Origin: a virus
DNA: 64,000 bases
Reading direction: 5' to 3' (one strand)
Virus record (IMG/VR): IMGVR_UViG_3300045988_125011
Shown here: positions 25,816 to 35,441 of the stretch, piece after piece
Numbering within the stretch: position 1 is the stretch's first letter
Layout of the letters: every line of letters starts with the position of its first letter
The notes under the pieces: generated by a model
What the model was told of the DNA's origin: nothing
The model's input: only the letters and a program-made list of their open reading frames with translations
Databases searched by the model: none
Program-made: the position numbers and the translations under genes

Positions 25816-26178
25816 GTGACACAAATGCTCAGAGTTCACAGAGATTTCAAGGGGCTGTTGAAAGATGTGCAGGACGAATATGATTTCCTCGTTGAACTGA
25901 ATAAGAGCCTGCAAAAGAAGGTCGCCGAATGGAACAAGGATGAAGAGATTCAAAGGGCAGTGGAGATGACTGAGTATTGTCGCACCCATTCCTTATGTCA
26001 GATGTCAGATAACGAGAAGAAAGCAGAAAGAGCGTTCAGAGACAGTCACTACAAGTCATGTAAGAATGGCAGCAAGTATTTGTACGAGTTGACCGGAACA
26101 GGCATTGGAACGGCGATTACAATTAAGTGTCCTGTCTGCGGCGAAGAAAAAGACATTACTGACTACGATTGCTGGTGA
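25816..26178 (+). CDS. hypothetical protein with a C-terminal zinc ribbon
   Basis: CPVCGEE...; 120 aa. Confidence 0.45.
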   Translation: MTQMLRVHRDFKGLLKDVQDEYDFLVELNKSLQKKVAEWNKDEEIQRAVEMTEYCRTHSLCQMSDNEKKAERAFRDSHYKSCKNGSKYLYELTGTGIGTAITIKCPVCGEEKDITDYDCW

Positions 26179-26188
26179 GGTGGTGGAC

Positions 26189-26350
26189 ATGATTTTTCGT
26201 GTAATTCTGTTTGCGCTGGCAACAGCAGCAGTCATTGGCGGTCTTGCATATTGGTTGAAGTGTCTTTGCCTGTGCGACTATGAAAATGCTTGTGACTATT
26301 CGCAGTGCGATAGTTGTCCGTTCCCTTGTGAGAGGCATAATTGTGGGTAA
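26189..26350 (+). CDS. small membrane/Cys-rich protein
   Basis: Internal ATG with RBS gaggtggtggacATG; TM helix then CLCLCDYENACDYSQCDSC. Confidence 0.3.
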   Translation: MIFRVILFALATAAVIGGLAYWLKCLCLCDYENACDYSQCDSCPFPCERHNCG

Positions 26351-26550
26351 GGCGAAAAGAAAACCAAGACCATCAATGCCAGACTGGTTTTGGTGGGGGC
26401 AAGACGGGTGCTGGTTCTGCAAACAAAGAAATAACTGCAATCAGTGTAAGGCGAACCGTGAATATGCAAAAGAGTTCGGAGAGAAGAAGCAAAAAGGAAG
26501 ACACGCCAGCGCAAAGCGAGGAGCGCGGACGAAACTGCAATTGATGGAGG

Positions 26551-26862
26551 ATGATTATGGATTTGTGGAAGGGATATGAGCTAAGCAGGACATATGTCCC
26601 AGCGGCTTATTACACGATTACATCGATTAAGAGCAAAAACGGCAGAGCAAATCCATTGCATGACGAGGTGCTCGGTCGAAAGGCATACGTTGTTTACTTG
26701 GAGGTCGGAGAGCGTGGCTTTATCAAGTATTTGCCCGATTATGACGACCGGTATCATTGCCTACATACATCTACTGTTTTGGATTTTACTCCGTGGGGAA
26801 ACGGCGAAGGCACAATTACTATCCAAACAGCAAATACGGAGTATATCTTGACGAAGCAGTAA
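26551..26862 (+). CDS. hypothetical protein
   Basis: 103-aa ORF. Confidence 0.4.
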   Translation: MIMDLWKGYELSRTYVPAAYYTITSIKSKNGRANPLHDEVLGRKAYVVYLEVGERGFIKYLPDYDDRYHCLHTSTVLDFTPWGNGEGTITIQTANTEYILTKQ

Positions 26863-26885
26863 GACTTTTCATCAGGAGGTCAATC

Positions 26886-27380
26886 ATGCTTGAGTTCTGT
26901 GGAAGAAAGTTCACTTGCGATGAATGCCCAATTTGTGAAGGCATTGAGCATAGGCTCGGGGTTGCAAGAGAAGGTGGCTACGAACCGCAGCTTGAATACT
27001 GCGGTTGCGATAAAGTCCAGACTGAGTTTTTTATCAGTGGTTATTGCAGTGATGCTTTTGAGGCGGACAAGCCGCATGGCAAACTGTGTGAACCGAGAAA
27101 AACCGGGAGAGCATATCGGCGCAAGATGCGCAAACAGAAGAAAGAAAAGCTGATGCGTATTATGACCTACGGATATAAGTCAGGTATCGGCTATACAGAC
27201 TGGGGTTGGAAAGACGGCGTTTATCAGCCGGTCGGAAGTTACATCCAGTACCCCAAGAACTCAAACAGGCAGACGTTTTGGAAGACATATTCCAACAGGA
27301 AAATCAGAAGCTATAAGGGCAATATTCGTAAGGGAAATTCGTACCGGAGACATTTCGATTATGCGTGGGAGGTTGACTAA
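26886..27380 (+). CDS. hypothetical Cys-rich basic protein
   Basis: Start moved to ATG 26886 (RBS aggaggtcaatc); CDECPICEG motif. Confidence 0.45.
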   Translation: MLEFCGRKFTCDECPICEGIEHRLGVAREGGYEPQLEYCGCDKVQTEFFISGYCSDAFEADKPHGKLCEPRKTGRAYRRKMRKQKKEKLMRIMTYGYKSGIGYTDWGWKDGVYQPVGSYIQYPKNSNRQTFWKTYSNRKIRSYKGNIRKGNSYRRHFDYAWEVD

Positions 27381-27820
27381 TGGAGAATAAAAATATGCGG
27401 AAGCTCAATGTGACCGTCCAATGTATGGCTGTGTATAACAGCAGCATTATGGTTCCACGCGAACTGACGTTTGAAGAGGCAATCAAATATGCCAAAGAAC
27501 ATATTGACGAGATTAACCTTGGCGAACTTGAGTACATTTCAGACAGCGATGAGCTCGACGAAGAGAACTGCGACTTCGACGAGGAGGAAGACACCGACTC
27601 TGATTGTAGGGTGCTTTATGAAACTGGCATTGAGGAGCCAGAAATCCTTGGCTCCGGGTCAACGTACAGCAATGTTGTATATTCCCCGGATGAAGAGCGT
27701 GCCTTTGAAGAATTCCATCACTGTGGACGGAACTATCTGCACAGGATAACTTACCGCAAAAAGTCACCGTACACAACTACGGAGTGGTGGGACGAAGACC
27801 TGAAATGCTGGCGGAGCTAA
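27380..27820 (+). CDS. hypothetical acidic protein
   Basis: 146-aa ORF. Confidence 0.45.
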   Translation: MENKNMRKLNVTVQCMAVYNSSIMVPRELTFEEAIKYAKEHIDEINLGELEYISDSDELDEENCDFDEEEDTDSDCRVLYETGIEEPEILGSGSTYSNVVYSPDEERAFEEFHHCGRNYLHRITYRKKSPYTTTEWWDEDLKCWRS

Positions 27821-27826
27821 GCCGCT

Positions 27827-28042
27827 ATGGATATATTTTTTAAGAACGATGGTTCATACAGTCAATCAGCAGTGGGAATCCCAGTCCTTGTGGACTACAC
27901 ACCGGTTGGATTTGTACGAGAAGTTAATGCCGACATGGTAACGTGCTCCCTATTCGATAAATTCATCGGGAAAGAGTGGTTGGCGCAGAGTCTGACGACA
28001 AAAGAACCGGACATATGCTCTGTATATATCGATACAAAATGA
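27827..28042 (+). CDS. hypothetical small protein
   Basis: 71-aa ORF. Confidence 0.35.
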   Translation: MDIFFKNDGSYSQSAVGIPVLVDYTPVGFVREVNADMVTCSLFDKFIGKEWLAQSLTTKEPDICSVYIDTK

Positions 28043-28054
28043 TGGAGGTATAAC

Positions 28055-28468
28055 ATGGGAGTAAGTATCAGCGAGTTTAGAGGTGAGTATTATTTTCTGA
28101 GTAACTTCTACTCGGCACCAGTTACCTACAACGGAATGTGTTTTGAGAATAACGAGGCGGCGTTTCAAGCGGCTAAATGCCCAGAACGTATGACTGAGTT
28201 TTGCCATCTGAATCCGTCAGAGGCAAAGAGGCTTGGGCGTAGGGTTAAGCTCCGTGGTGACTGGGAGGCGGTCAAAGATACCGTTATGTATGAGATTTGC
28301 AAGGCAAAGTTCTCACAGAATCCTGATTTGGCAGACAAGCTTGTTGCGACCAGGGATGCCGAACTCATTGAAGGCAATACTTGGGGCGACCGCATCTGGG
28401 GCGTCTGTGATGGCGTTGGAGAAAATCGCCTTGGTAAAATCCTTATGCGGGTCAGAGCAGAAATGTGA
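28055..28468 (+). CDS. NADAR (YbiA/DUF1768) domain protein
   Basis: FLSNFY, AFQAAK, EAKRLGR, AKFSQNPDLADKL, GNTWGD...GENRLGKILMRVRAEM align along the full length with E. coli YbiA. Confidence 0.85.
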   Translation: MGVSISEFRGEYYFLSNFYSAPVTYNGMCFENNEAAFQAAKCPERMTEFCHLNPSEAKRLGRRVKLRGDWEAVKDTVMYEICKAKFSQNPDLADKLVATRDAELIEGNTWGDRIWGVCDGVGENRLGKILMRVRAEM

Positions 28469-28476
28469 TGTGAACT

Positions 28477-28674
28477 ATGAAGAAGGCTAACACTTATAAA
28501 GGAAAACTTGGCTGGCAGTCTGAGTTCAGCCACAGATATGCTTGCTGGGCGAACAACCACAATGGGTGGGCAAAAGCCAAAAAGTCCAACAAGCGGTTGG
28601 CTAAGCGCAGATTGAGGGATGAGCTACGGAAAGAACTTGTTTATAGCGCATCGGATAAACAAGTTGGAGAATGA
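28477..28674 (+). CDS. small basic protein
   Basis: 65-aa ORF. Confidence 0.3.
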   Translation: MKKANTYKGKLGWQSEFSHRYACWANNHNGWAKAKKSNKRLAKRRLRDELRKELVYSASDKQVGE

Positions 28675-28973
28675 ACGGAGGAGAATTTATGAAGAGAGAA
28701 GATTTTATCTTTGACCATATGGATGATGAGTATGAAGACTATTGGTTCAAAGTCGTTGGCGATACAAAAGACGAGCTTACAAAGAAGTACATGGAAATGT
28801 GTATGGTTTCGGTGACAGAGGTTGTCTATTCCAATAAGGAGCAGGCTCTTGGCGTTAAGCGCCTCTTCCCGTTCAACTACGATGTCATTATGCCAGATGA
28901 CACAGAGCTAAAAGATATGCTGGAATCGCTGGTAAACGAGGTAAACGGCAGACATGAAGAAACTGAAACTTAA
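28671..28973 (+). CDS. hypothetical acidic protein
   Basis: 100-aa ORF. Confidence 0.4.
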   Translation: MNGGEFMKREDFIFDHMDDEYEDYWFKVVGDTKDELTKKYMEMCMVSVTEVVYSNKEQALGVKRLFPFNYDVIMPDDTELKDMLESLVNEVNGRHEETET

Positions 28974-29310
28974 CTATACCTGCACAGACCCAGATTGTGC
29001 CCAGTATATGGCAAAGGTGACGGATACACGATACAGCTACATCGAGTACAGAGAGTGGTTTGGGAATTATATTGTATGTCACGCTGTTGTTGACCTGCAG
29101 GACTATACTCTGGACGAAATTTGCACATACTGCTCCTCATACTATGATTCTCTGGAACAGATGGTTGCCGACTACGGTTTTCGTGGAGCGTTGCAGATTA
29201 TGGCAGAATGTATTTTTGAACAGCTTGGTTTCGATGATATGGAGTTTAATGCAGAACAAAAAAGTGAAGGCGCGGCAATTAAATTCATACACGAATGGAT
29301 GAAAGGCTGA
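28954..29310 (+). CDS. hypothetical protein
   Basis: 118-aa ORF. Confidence 0.4.
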   Translation: MKKLKLNYTCTDPDCAQYMAKVTDTRYSYIEYREWFGNYIVCHAVVDLQDYTLDEICTYCSSYYDSLEQMVADYGFRGALQIMAECIFEQLGFDDMEFNAEQKSEGAAIKFIHEWMKG

Positions 29311-29316
29311 TTTGAT

Positions 29317-30087
29317 ATGGCATTATACAAGATTGGAATTACAGAAGCGGGAGACGCAGGCGTTGATTTGTCTTGGGTCGAGAAATTAGACAGAGTTGAT
29401 GCTGCTGTTCTAATTACGAAGTGTGTGTCGCCGGATTTCTTCGATGCCGCTCTTGAACACAAAGGCAGACTCATTGTCCATGCAACAATCACTGGATACG
29501 GGCACTCTGCTTTGGAACCTAATGTACCAACTCCATACGAGGAGTTTGCCGCAATTATGGAGTTGGTTAAAGCTGGGTTCCCGATGGAGAAAATCGTTAT
29601 TCGCATCGACCCCATCATCCCCACAGAGAAAGGACTTTCAGTTGCATACCGTACAATGATTTCCTTTATGGAAATGGGATTTCAGCGCTACAGAGTGAGC
29701 GTTATTGATATGTATCCACACGCAAGAAGCCGGTTCAAAAAGGCTGGATTGCCGCTTCCCTATGGCGATAGCGGTTTCGCTCCGTCTCAAGCACAGCTTT
29801 CAAAAGTGGACGATATGCTGCGGCAAGCAAAGCAGTTCTGGGAAGGGCTGGATAACGGCAAAGTTCTCCGAATTGAGTCCTGTGCAGAACCCGGTCTTAC
29901 GGAGCCGATTGCCTGTGGCTGCATTTCAGACTACGACCTCAATCTGCTCGGATTTTCTGAGGATGCAGAATCAAACGGGGCTGGCTATCAACGAAAGGGC
30001 TGTATGTGTTATGCAGGGAAAACTGAACTGCTGAAACATAAGACGAGATGCCCCACGGGTGTCTCTACTGCTACTGGAAAGATATAA
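29317..30087 (+). CDS. hypothetical protein with a C-terminal Cys cluster (possibly DUF1848-like)
   Basis: 256 aa; CGCISDYD...RKGCMCYAG...RCPTG. Confidence 0.45.
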   Translation: MALYKIGITEAGDAGVDLSWVEKLDRVDAAVLITKCVSPDFFDAALEHKGRLIVHATITGYGHSALEPNVPTPYEEFAAIMELVKAGFPMEKIVIRIDPIIPTEKGLSVAYRTMISFMEMGFQRYRVSVIDMYPHARSRFKKAGLPLPYGDSGFAPSQAQLSKVDDMLRQAKQFWEGLDNGKVLRIESCAEPGLTEPIACGCISDYDLNLLGFSEDAESNGAGYQRKGCMCYAGKTELLKHKTRCPTGVSTATGKI

Positions 30088-30099
30088 AAGGTTAATTCG

Positions 30100-30306
30100 A
30101 TGACTAATTTCGAGGAAATTAAGAGGAAAATAGCCAATATGAATATCGATGAGCTGATAGAGTTTTGCGGCGGTGATACTTGCGAGAATGTGCTTTGCTC
30201 TTTTGTGAGCGATGGCGATTGTTGCGGGAACAATTGCAAGGTCAGCTATGATTGTGGAGGCTGTATTAAAAAGTTCTTGCAAAGAGAGACGAGGGTAGTC
30301 AGATGA
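30100..30306 (+). CDS. small Cys-rich protein
   Basis: 68 aa with several CxxC. Confidence 0.35.
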   Translation: MTNFEEIKRKIANMNIDELIEFCGGDTCENVLCSFVSDGDCCGNNCKVSYDCGGCIKKFLQRETRVVR

Positions 30307-30515
30307 AATGTCCATATTGTGAATCTGGGACAAATGATTTTGTTCCAATGAACCAAGCCGTTGAATACAGCGGCATTGAGATGGCTGTAAACAGGCAGGG
30401 AATGTTGAGGGTGAGAGTGCTTGACGACGATGGCAGTTTCACGACTCAAGATATCATTGAGATACGCAACTGCCCACTGTGTGGGAAACGATTTATGAAG
30501 GGTCGATGTGTATGA
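30303..30515 (+). CDS. small zinc-ribbon protein
   Basis: CPYCESG...CPLCGK. Confidence 0.4.
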   Translation: MKCPYCESGTNDFVPMNQAVEYSGIEMAVNRQGMLRVRVLDDDGSFTTQDIIEIRNCPLCGKRFMKGRCV

Positions 30516-30790
30516 GCGGCATCGTCCATTGCCCAAGATGTGGGCACCATATAAACATCCCTTCTGATGGAACTGTCGGGTACTGCCCGATATGCGATAA
30601 GAAGGTTACTGACATGGAGAAAAGAACAATTTGGGTAAAGCCATCCTGCTTTACTCCAGAGTTTGAGATGGTTATTCCTGTCCCGACAGACCGAGATGAT
30701 GAGGAGTACATCGATGAACTGCTGGACGGAATTCTGAATAACGAGGTTCGCTACAATATCGAGTGGGATTTTGTAGACGGGCTAAGCTGA
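30479..30790 (+). CDS. zinc-ribbon protein
   Basis: CPRCGHH...CPICDKK. Confidence 0.4.
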   Translation: MWETIYEGSMCMSGIVHCPRCGHHINIPSDGTVGYCPICDKKVTDMEKRTIWVKPSCFTPEFEMVIPVPTDRDDEEYIDELLDGILNNEVRYNIEWDFVDGLS

Positions 30791-30833
30791 CAATGGGAAT
30801 ATATGTGGTGGTGGAAGACAACCGATTGGAGGT

Positions 30834-31049
30834 GTGGTTGTGGCTGAGCGCAACGAACACAAGAGCGCGAAATACCAAGATGGTGACATTTATTTGAATC
30901 CATGCTTCGGCGACCTGTGGGTTGTGGATGGCGCATCGTTCATTAAAATCAATAACGGATATGCAATTGAGTTGGACGAGCCAGAAGGATTCATTAAAGT
31001 TGGACATATCGATGGAGTAATTAACAAGAGAAGTCAACCGGCAAAGTGA
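30834..31049 (+). CDS. hypothetical small protein
   Basis: 71-aa ORF. Confidence 0.3.
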   Translation: MVVAERNEHKSAKYQDGDIYLNPCFGDLWVVDGASFIKINNGYAIELDEPEGFIKVGHIDGVINKRSQPAK

Positions 31050-31309
31050 GGGTTCAAATGACAGTCAAGGACATTCTTCCGAGCCATCCAGTTGAAATCA
31101 TGGTTAGAACCAACTATCCAGAAAGCCTTTTGCCGTATCTAAGCAGTGAGAGAATTGAACAGGGATTGCTTGTTGGTTATTGCTCTTGGGACGGTGAGAA
31201 TCTCATCCCTGCGGATGGTGATTACTATTCTGTGGATGAAGTTATTTCAAAATATGAGTATGAAGAGGACGGCAGTCTAACATACTGGACTGTCTCTGAA
31301 TGGGTGTAG
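31046..31309 (+). CDS. hypothetical small protein
   Basis: 87-aa ORF. Confidence 0.35.
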   Translation: MRVQMTVKDILPSHPVEIMVRTNYPESLLPYLSSERIEQGLLVGYCSWDGENLIPADGDYYSVDEVISKYEYEEDGSLTYWTVSEWV

Positions 31310-31351
31310 ACAACGACCGCTTTGTAGATTTGCTGTTATACATATTTCCTT

Positions 31352-31400
31352 CAGCAGCTTTTCGCCAAAGGCAAAAGTAAGAATTCGGCACTATGCTCGT
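31352..31400 (+). repeat. Copy 4 of the hairpin motif (ctttt-CGCCAAAGGC-aaaag then gtaagaa), followed after ~33 nt by a terminator
   Basis: Same covarying stem architecture as copies 1-3. Confidence 0.5.
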
Positions 31401-31409
31401 AAACCAGAA

Positions 31410-31431
31410 GCCCGCTACGCGGGCGGTTTTT
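31410..31431 (+). terminator. Rho-independent terminator (gcccgc-tac-gcgggc-ggttttt)
   Basis: GC stem plus T-run. Confidence 0.6.
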
Positions 31432-31751
31432 CCTTTTACTCACTCGCTTTGCAAGCAACGCTCGTGAGTTCTGGTTTACGACCAATGCTTATGCACATCG
31501 GTTGAGGGAGTTAGAAAAAACGACCGATGCGGAAAGCGGTTACAGTGAAGAGGTGGGATAATTGTTATGTGATAAATGCTTACACAAAAAAGTGTACAGG
31601 TTTGAAGTCCCAGATGAGGGGCAATGTGATGACTTTATTGACGAAGCCATCGTAGATAAATTCAACAGCATTGGATGCACATCATTTCGAATTAGCGCGG
31701 ATTCCATAAAAGGAATACTCGACAGACAATTAGCCGAACCCCCGGCTACTC

Positions 31752-32273
31752 TTGGGCGAAGCAATGCAGGTTGAACTTCACGACACATACGGCGTTCTTC
31801 GGATAAAGACAAGCGAGTTCTTATTCGATTTGGAGGACTTGCCGCTCATAAAGGGACGCGACAGTTGGTATTGCGACAAGGACGGTTACCTCGTCAGCAG
31901 TTACTTCTATAATGGTATTCGACGCTTTGTCCGATTCCACCGACTTGTGATGCACGCGAAACCCGGTCAATGTGTTGACCACATTAACAAAAACAAAGCG
32001 GATAACAGGAAGAAAAATTTGCGATGTTGCGAGCGTTCTGAGAACGACAGGAATCGCAGCCTGTATTCGTGCAATACATCCGGTGTCGCTGGCGTCTACT
32101 TCGACAAAGAACGTAAGAAGTGGGTTGCCAGCATTACTTATAACCATAAGAAAGTTTACTTGGGAAGATACGCGGTCAAGGAAGAAGCAATCTTGGCTCG
32201 GCTGACCAAGGAGGTCGAATTGTATAAAGAGTTCTCGCCGCAACGAGGGCTTTTGGAATCTCTAAATCTATAG
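31752..32273 (+). CDS. HNH homing endonuclease with a C-terminal AP2 DNA-binding domain
   Basis: CVDHINKNKADNRKKNLRCCERSENDRNR (HNH) and SGVAGVYFDKERKKWVASITYNHKKVYLGRYAVKEEA (AP2). Confidence 0.75.
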   Translation: MGEAMQVELHDTYGVLRIKTSEFLFDLEDLPLIKGRDSWYCDKDGYLVSSYFYNGIRRFVRFHRLVMHAKPGQCVDHINKNKADNRKKNLRCCERSENDRNRSLYSCNTSGVAGVYFDKERKKWVASITYNHKKVYLGRYAVKEEAILARLTKEVELYKEFSPQRGLLESLNL

Positions 32274-32282
32274 GAGGCAAAC

Positions 32283-32591
32283 GTGAGGGTAATCTACAAG
32301 TATCCATTGGAGATTACAGCAGAACAGGTAATCAATATCCCGATGCTGTACTTCGATGACCGCGTTGCAAGATGCAACGAACAAGTTCTTCATGTGGATG
32401 TTCAAGACATGATTCGACCTTGCCTTTGGTGCATGGTTGACACCGAAAACCAGACATACCCGATGAAGGTTGTGACAAAGATGACTGGCGAGGAAATCCG
32501 AGAAGATGAGAAGGACAAACTGAAATATGTTGGTTCATATCTCATCGGCGGTGGCGATTTCGTGGGTCATGTGTTCGTATGTTACGAATAA
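32283..32591 (+). CDS. hypothetical protein (GTG start)
   Basis: 102-aa ORF. Confidence 0.4.
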   Translation: MRVIYKYPLEITAEQVINIPMLYFDDRVARCNEQVLHVDVQDMIRPCLWCMVDTENQTYPMKVVTKMTGEEIREDEKDKLKYVGSYLIGGGDFVGHVFVCYE

Positions 32592-32619
32592 AACCTGAGT
32601 TTTATAAGGAGAAAATGCT

Positions 32620-32919
32620 ATGAAGTATATGCTGATTGAAGTAATGGAGCGAGAAATTTCCGAGCCTGAGTATTTCGATACGCACGATGCGGCGCATGAT
32701 GAGATGTGCCGACGTGTCGCTGAGGTTTACGATATCTCTCCTGACGAAGTCAAAGAGTCTTATCTTGAAGGCGAAGACCTGAATGAGAACGCCGTGGTTC
32801 TTGAGGACATTGCGTGGGCTGAACGGTATGGTAAGAACTTTGACTGGAAAATCTTCGCCATTGAGCGAGATACTCCTGCGCAGGTAACAGCTCCTCCTCT
32901 GTTCAATACCCTGAGATAA
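32620..32919 (+). CDS. hypothetical acidic protein
   Basis: 99-aa ORF with RBS aaggagaaaatgctATG. Confidence 0.45.
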   Translation: MKYMLIEVMEREISEPEYFDTHDAAHDEMCRRVAEVYDISPDEVKESYLEGEDLNENAVVLEDIAWAERYGKNFDWKIFAIERDTPAQVTAPPLFNTLR

Positions 32920-33012
32920 CGATGATGCGGTGACGGAATAGGTAGACGCGCTTCCCGTATCACGATAGGTCACCCTAAACCACAGATACATATTCGAAAG
33001 GGGTGACACAAG

Positions 33013-34095
33013 TTGGAAACAAATAAACAAAACGAGATACGCAATGCTTATGAGCATAGCGCACAAGTCCAGTGTATTCCCGCTTCGATTAAAAAGACTA
33101 CTGAGCACAGCGAAGAAGACCCATTGGTGGTCGCGCCGTATTGCAGAGTCAGTACGGACAACAAAGACCAGCTCGCAAGCTACGAGCTGCAGTGCCAGTA
33201 TTACAAAGAATATGTGTCGAAGCATCCGGGGTGGCGGCTTTATGACATCTACGCCGATGAAGGGATTTCTGGGACTTCCGTAAAGAAACGCACGGACTTC
33301 TTACGGATGATTGATGATTGTAAAGCAGGCAAAATCGACATGATTATCGTGAAGAACATTGCAAGGTTCGCACGAAATGTTGTTGACTGCGTTGCCACTG
33401 TGCGTATGCTCAAGGCACTGGACAAGCCGGTTGCTGTTTATTTTGAGGATATTGCAATCAATACCTTGACACAGACCGGCGAGCTTCTGATGGTCGTTAT
33501 GGCTGCTATTGCGCAAGGCGAGTCAGAAGCAAAGTCTGAGAGCGTGAAATGGGGGTTCCAGAAAAGATTTGAGAAGGGGCTCCCAAAGCTCGCAGACCTC
33601 TATGGGTACACCAGAGATAAGAGGCTGCTGGAGATTTACGAACCTGAAGCGAATGTTGTGCGGCTGATTTATCAAATGTTCTACGATGACAAAACGATTC
33701 CTGACATCTGCTACATCTTAAACCAGCAAGGTATTCCATCCCCACGAGGTGGTCAGTGGACATACTCTACGGTAAAGACAATCTTGACAAATGAGAAATA
33801 TTCCGGTGACGTTTTGATGCAGAAGACCGTTACCGTGGATATCTTTTCGCATCGCTCTATTCGGAACGACGGACGTGCTAACCAGTTTTTTATCCAAGGC
33901 TATCACGAAGCGATTATTCCGAGAGAACTTTGGCTTGAGGTGCAACAGATTCTAAAGGGCGAAAATGTTGTTCCGGTTCCATCAGTTGATGAGGTGGCAG
34001 ATTTGTCTGCATCTGATGTCCCTCGGATATTGGATGGCTTTTTTGTAATTAAACCTCGAAAGGATGGAAACAATGAGTATCTTAGACAACTTTGA
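33013..34095 (+). CDS. serine recombinase (resolvase/invertase catalytic domain plus recombinase domain), short form
   Basis: VAPYCRVSTD catalytic Ser motif; GISGTSVKKRTDFLRMI...IDMIIVKNIARFAR; 360 aa, TTG start. Confidence 0.75.
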   Translation: METNKQNEIRNAYEHSAQVQCIPASIKKTTEHSEEDPLVVAPYCRVSTDNKDQLASYELQCQYYKEYVSKHPGWRLYDIYADEGISGTSVKKRTDFLRMIDDCKAGKIDMIIVKNIARFARNVVDCVATVRMLKALDKPVAVYFEDIAINTLTQTGELLMVVMAAIAQGESEAKSESVKWGFQKRFEKGLPKLADLYGYTRDKRLLEIYEPEANVVRLIYQMFYDDKTIPDICYILNQQGIPSPRGGQWTYSTVKTILTNEKYSGDVLMQKTVTVDIFSHRSIRNDGRANQFFIQGYHEAIIPRELWLEVQQILKGENVVPVPSVDEVADLSASDVPRILDGFFVIKPRKDGNNEYLRQL

Positions 34096-34564
34096 TGTGG
34101 TTGGTGTTCCTCGTACATTCAGTATTGCAGAGGTTCGAATCCTGAAGAACCGCATCTCCTTTAACCTTGCAACAGCTTCCGAGATTGGCTATCCGCCGTT
34201 TGTGCGGCTGTTTATCAGCAGAGACAAAACGCAGATTGCGTTGCAGCCTTGTGCCAAAGAAACGCCGAACGCGATGAAGTTCTTTACATCGGATTCTACG
34301 AAAGACGGAAAGCCCAAGAAGAGAATGATTCCGGTTGGAAATCGTGCGCTGACGGCGCTTGTAAAAGCCGGTATTGGTGTCGAGATGAATGTTCCGTTAA
34401 AGGCGCCGGGTGTTCGCTTCGCAGATGAAGGCGTCATCATCTTCGACCTCAAACAAGCAACTGACATGAATCAACCAAATGCTTGCACAGAAACTGGTCT
34501 GTGCCTGATTCCCACTCCGGCATATCCATTTGTTGAGATGCCGTCTGGATACTTCGCATCATAA
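34064..34564 (+). CDS. hypothetical protein
   Basis: 166-aa ORF. Confidence 0.4.
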   Translation: METMSILDNFDVVGVPRTFSIAEVRILKNRISFNLATASEIGYPPFVRLFISRDKTQIALQPCAKETPNAMKFFTSDSTKDGKPKKRMIPVGNRALTALVKAGIGVEMNVPLKAPGVRFADEGVIIFDLKQATDMNQPNACTETGLCLIPTPAYPFVEMPSGYFAS

Positions 34565-34607
34565 TTGCAGGTGCAAGCCTGCATACATACTTTGGAGGTG
34601 AACCCAC

Positions 34608-35441
34608 TTGAGTAAGAAATATGATTCACTCGGCGACAGAATGAAAGGCTACGAGAATATTGCTCGCAACTATTTGACTCGTCGGATTCCAACCATTATC
34701 AGAGTGGACGGCAAGGCGTTTCATACATTCACAAGAGGTATGGAAAAGCCATTTGACCGCATCCTGATGACAACGATGCAAAATACAATGAAGTACCTGT
34801 GTGAAAACATTCAGGGCTGTGTCTTTGGATATACGCAGTCAGATGAAATCACGTTGGTACTTACGGACTATGCAACAATTACAACGGATGCATGGTTCGG
34901 ATACAACATCCAAAAGATGTGCAGCGTTTCCGCTTCAATGGCTACGCTTGCTTTTTCAAATGCCTATGCTGCCGAGCTGTGGAAGAACTTTCCTGAAGCG
35001 ATGTGCAGCAGTGACAATGGCACAAATAAGTACATTGAAACTCTGGTCGCAAAGATGGGTACAGCCATGTTTGATGCCAGAGTTTTTTCTATTCCAAAAG
35101 ACGAAGTTTGTAACTGCCTGATTTGGCGTCAACAAGATGCGACTCGTAACAGCATTGAGTCAGTTGGTCATGCAAATTTCAGTCAAAAAGAACTCCACGG
35201 CAAGAGCTGCAACTCTATCCAAGATATGCTGTGGAAAGAACGTGGCATCAATTGGAATGACTTCCCCGTTGATTGTAAGCGTGGTTCTGCTTGCTACAAA
35301 ACAAAAGTTAAAGAGACCGCTCCTCTTCTCAACGATAAAGACGACACCGAAATGGTTGAGGTCGTTAGAAACCGTTGGGTTATCGACCGAGAGCCTCCCA
35401 TTTTCTCACAAGAAAGAGGGTACGTTGAAAAATGGATATGA
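34608..35441 (+). CDS. Thg1-like protein (tRNA-His guanylyltransferase family 3'-5' nucleotidyltransferase)
   Basis: IIRVDGKAFHTF and YTQSDEITLV match the Thg1 RLDGRNFH and YGQSDE catalytic motifs; TTG start after ggaggtgaa. Confidence 0.75.
   Translation: MSKKYDSLGDRMKGYENIARNYLTRRIPTIIRVDGKAFHTFTRGMEKPFDRILMTTMQNTMKYLCENIQGCVFGYTQSDEITLVLTDYATITTDAWFGYNIQKMCSVSASMATLAFSNAYAAELWKNFPEAMCSSDNGTNKYIETLVAKMGTAMFDARVFSIPKDEVCNCLIWRQQDATRNSIESVGHANFSQKELHGKSCNSIQDMLWKERGINWNDFPVDCKRGSACYKTKVKETAPLLNDKDDTEMVEVVRNRWVIDREPPIFSQERGYVEKWI

Noticed and set aside
31352-32273. Group I intron carrying the HNH endonuclease
   Set aside because: No P7 (GACUA/UAGUC) or other group I core elements were seen. 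Flanking ORFs are not split halves of one protein. A canonical terminator sits 33 nt after the motif, so the region reads as an intergenic regulatory leader.
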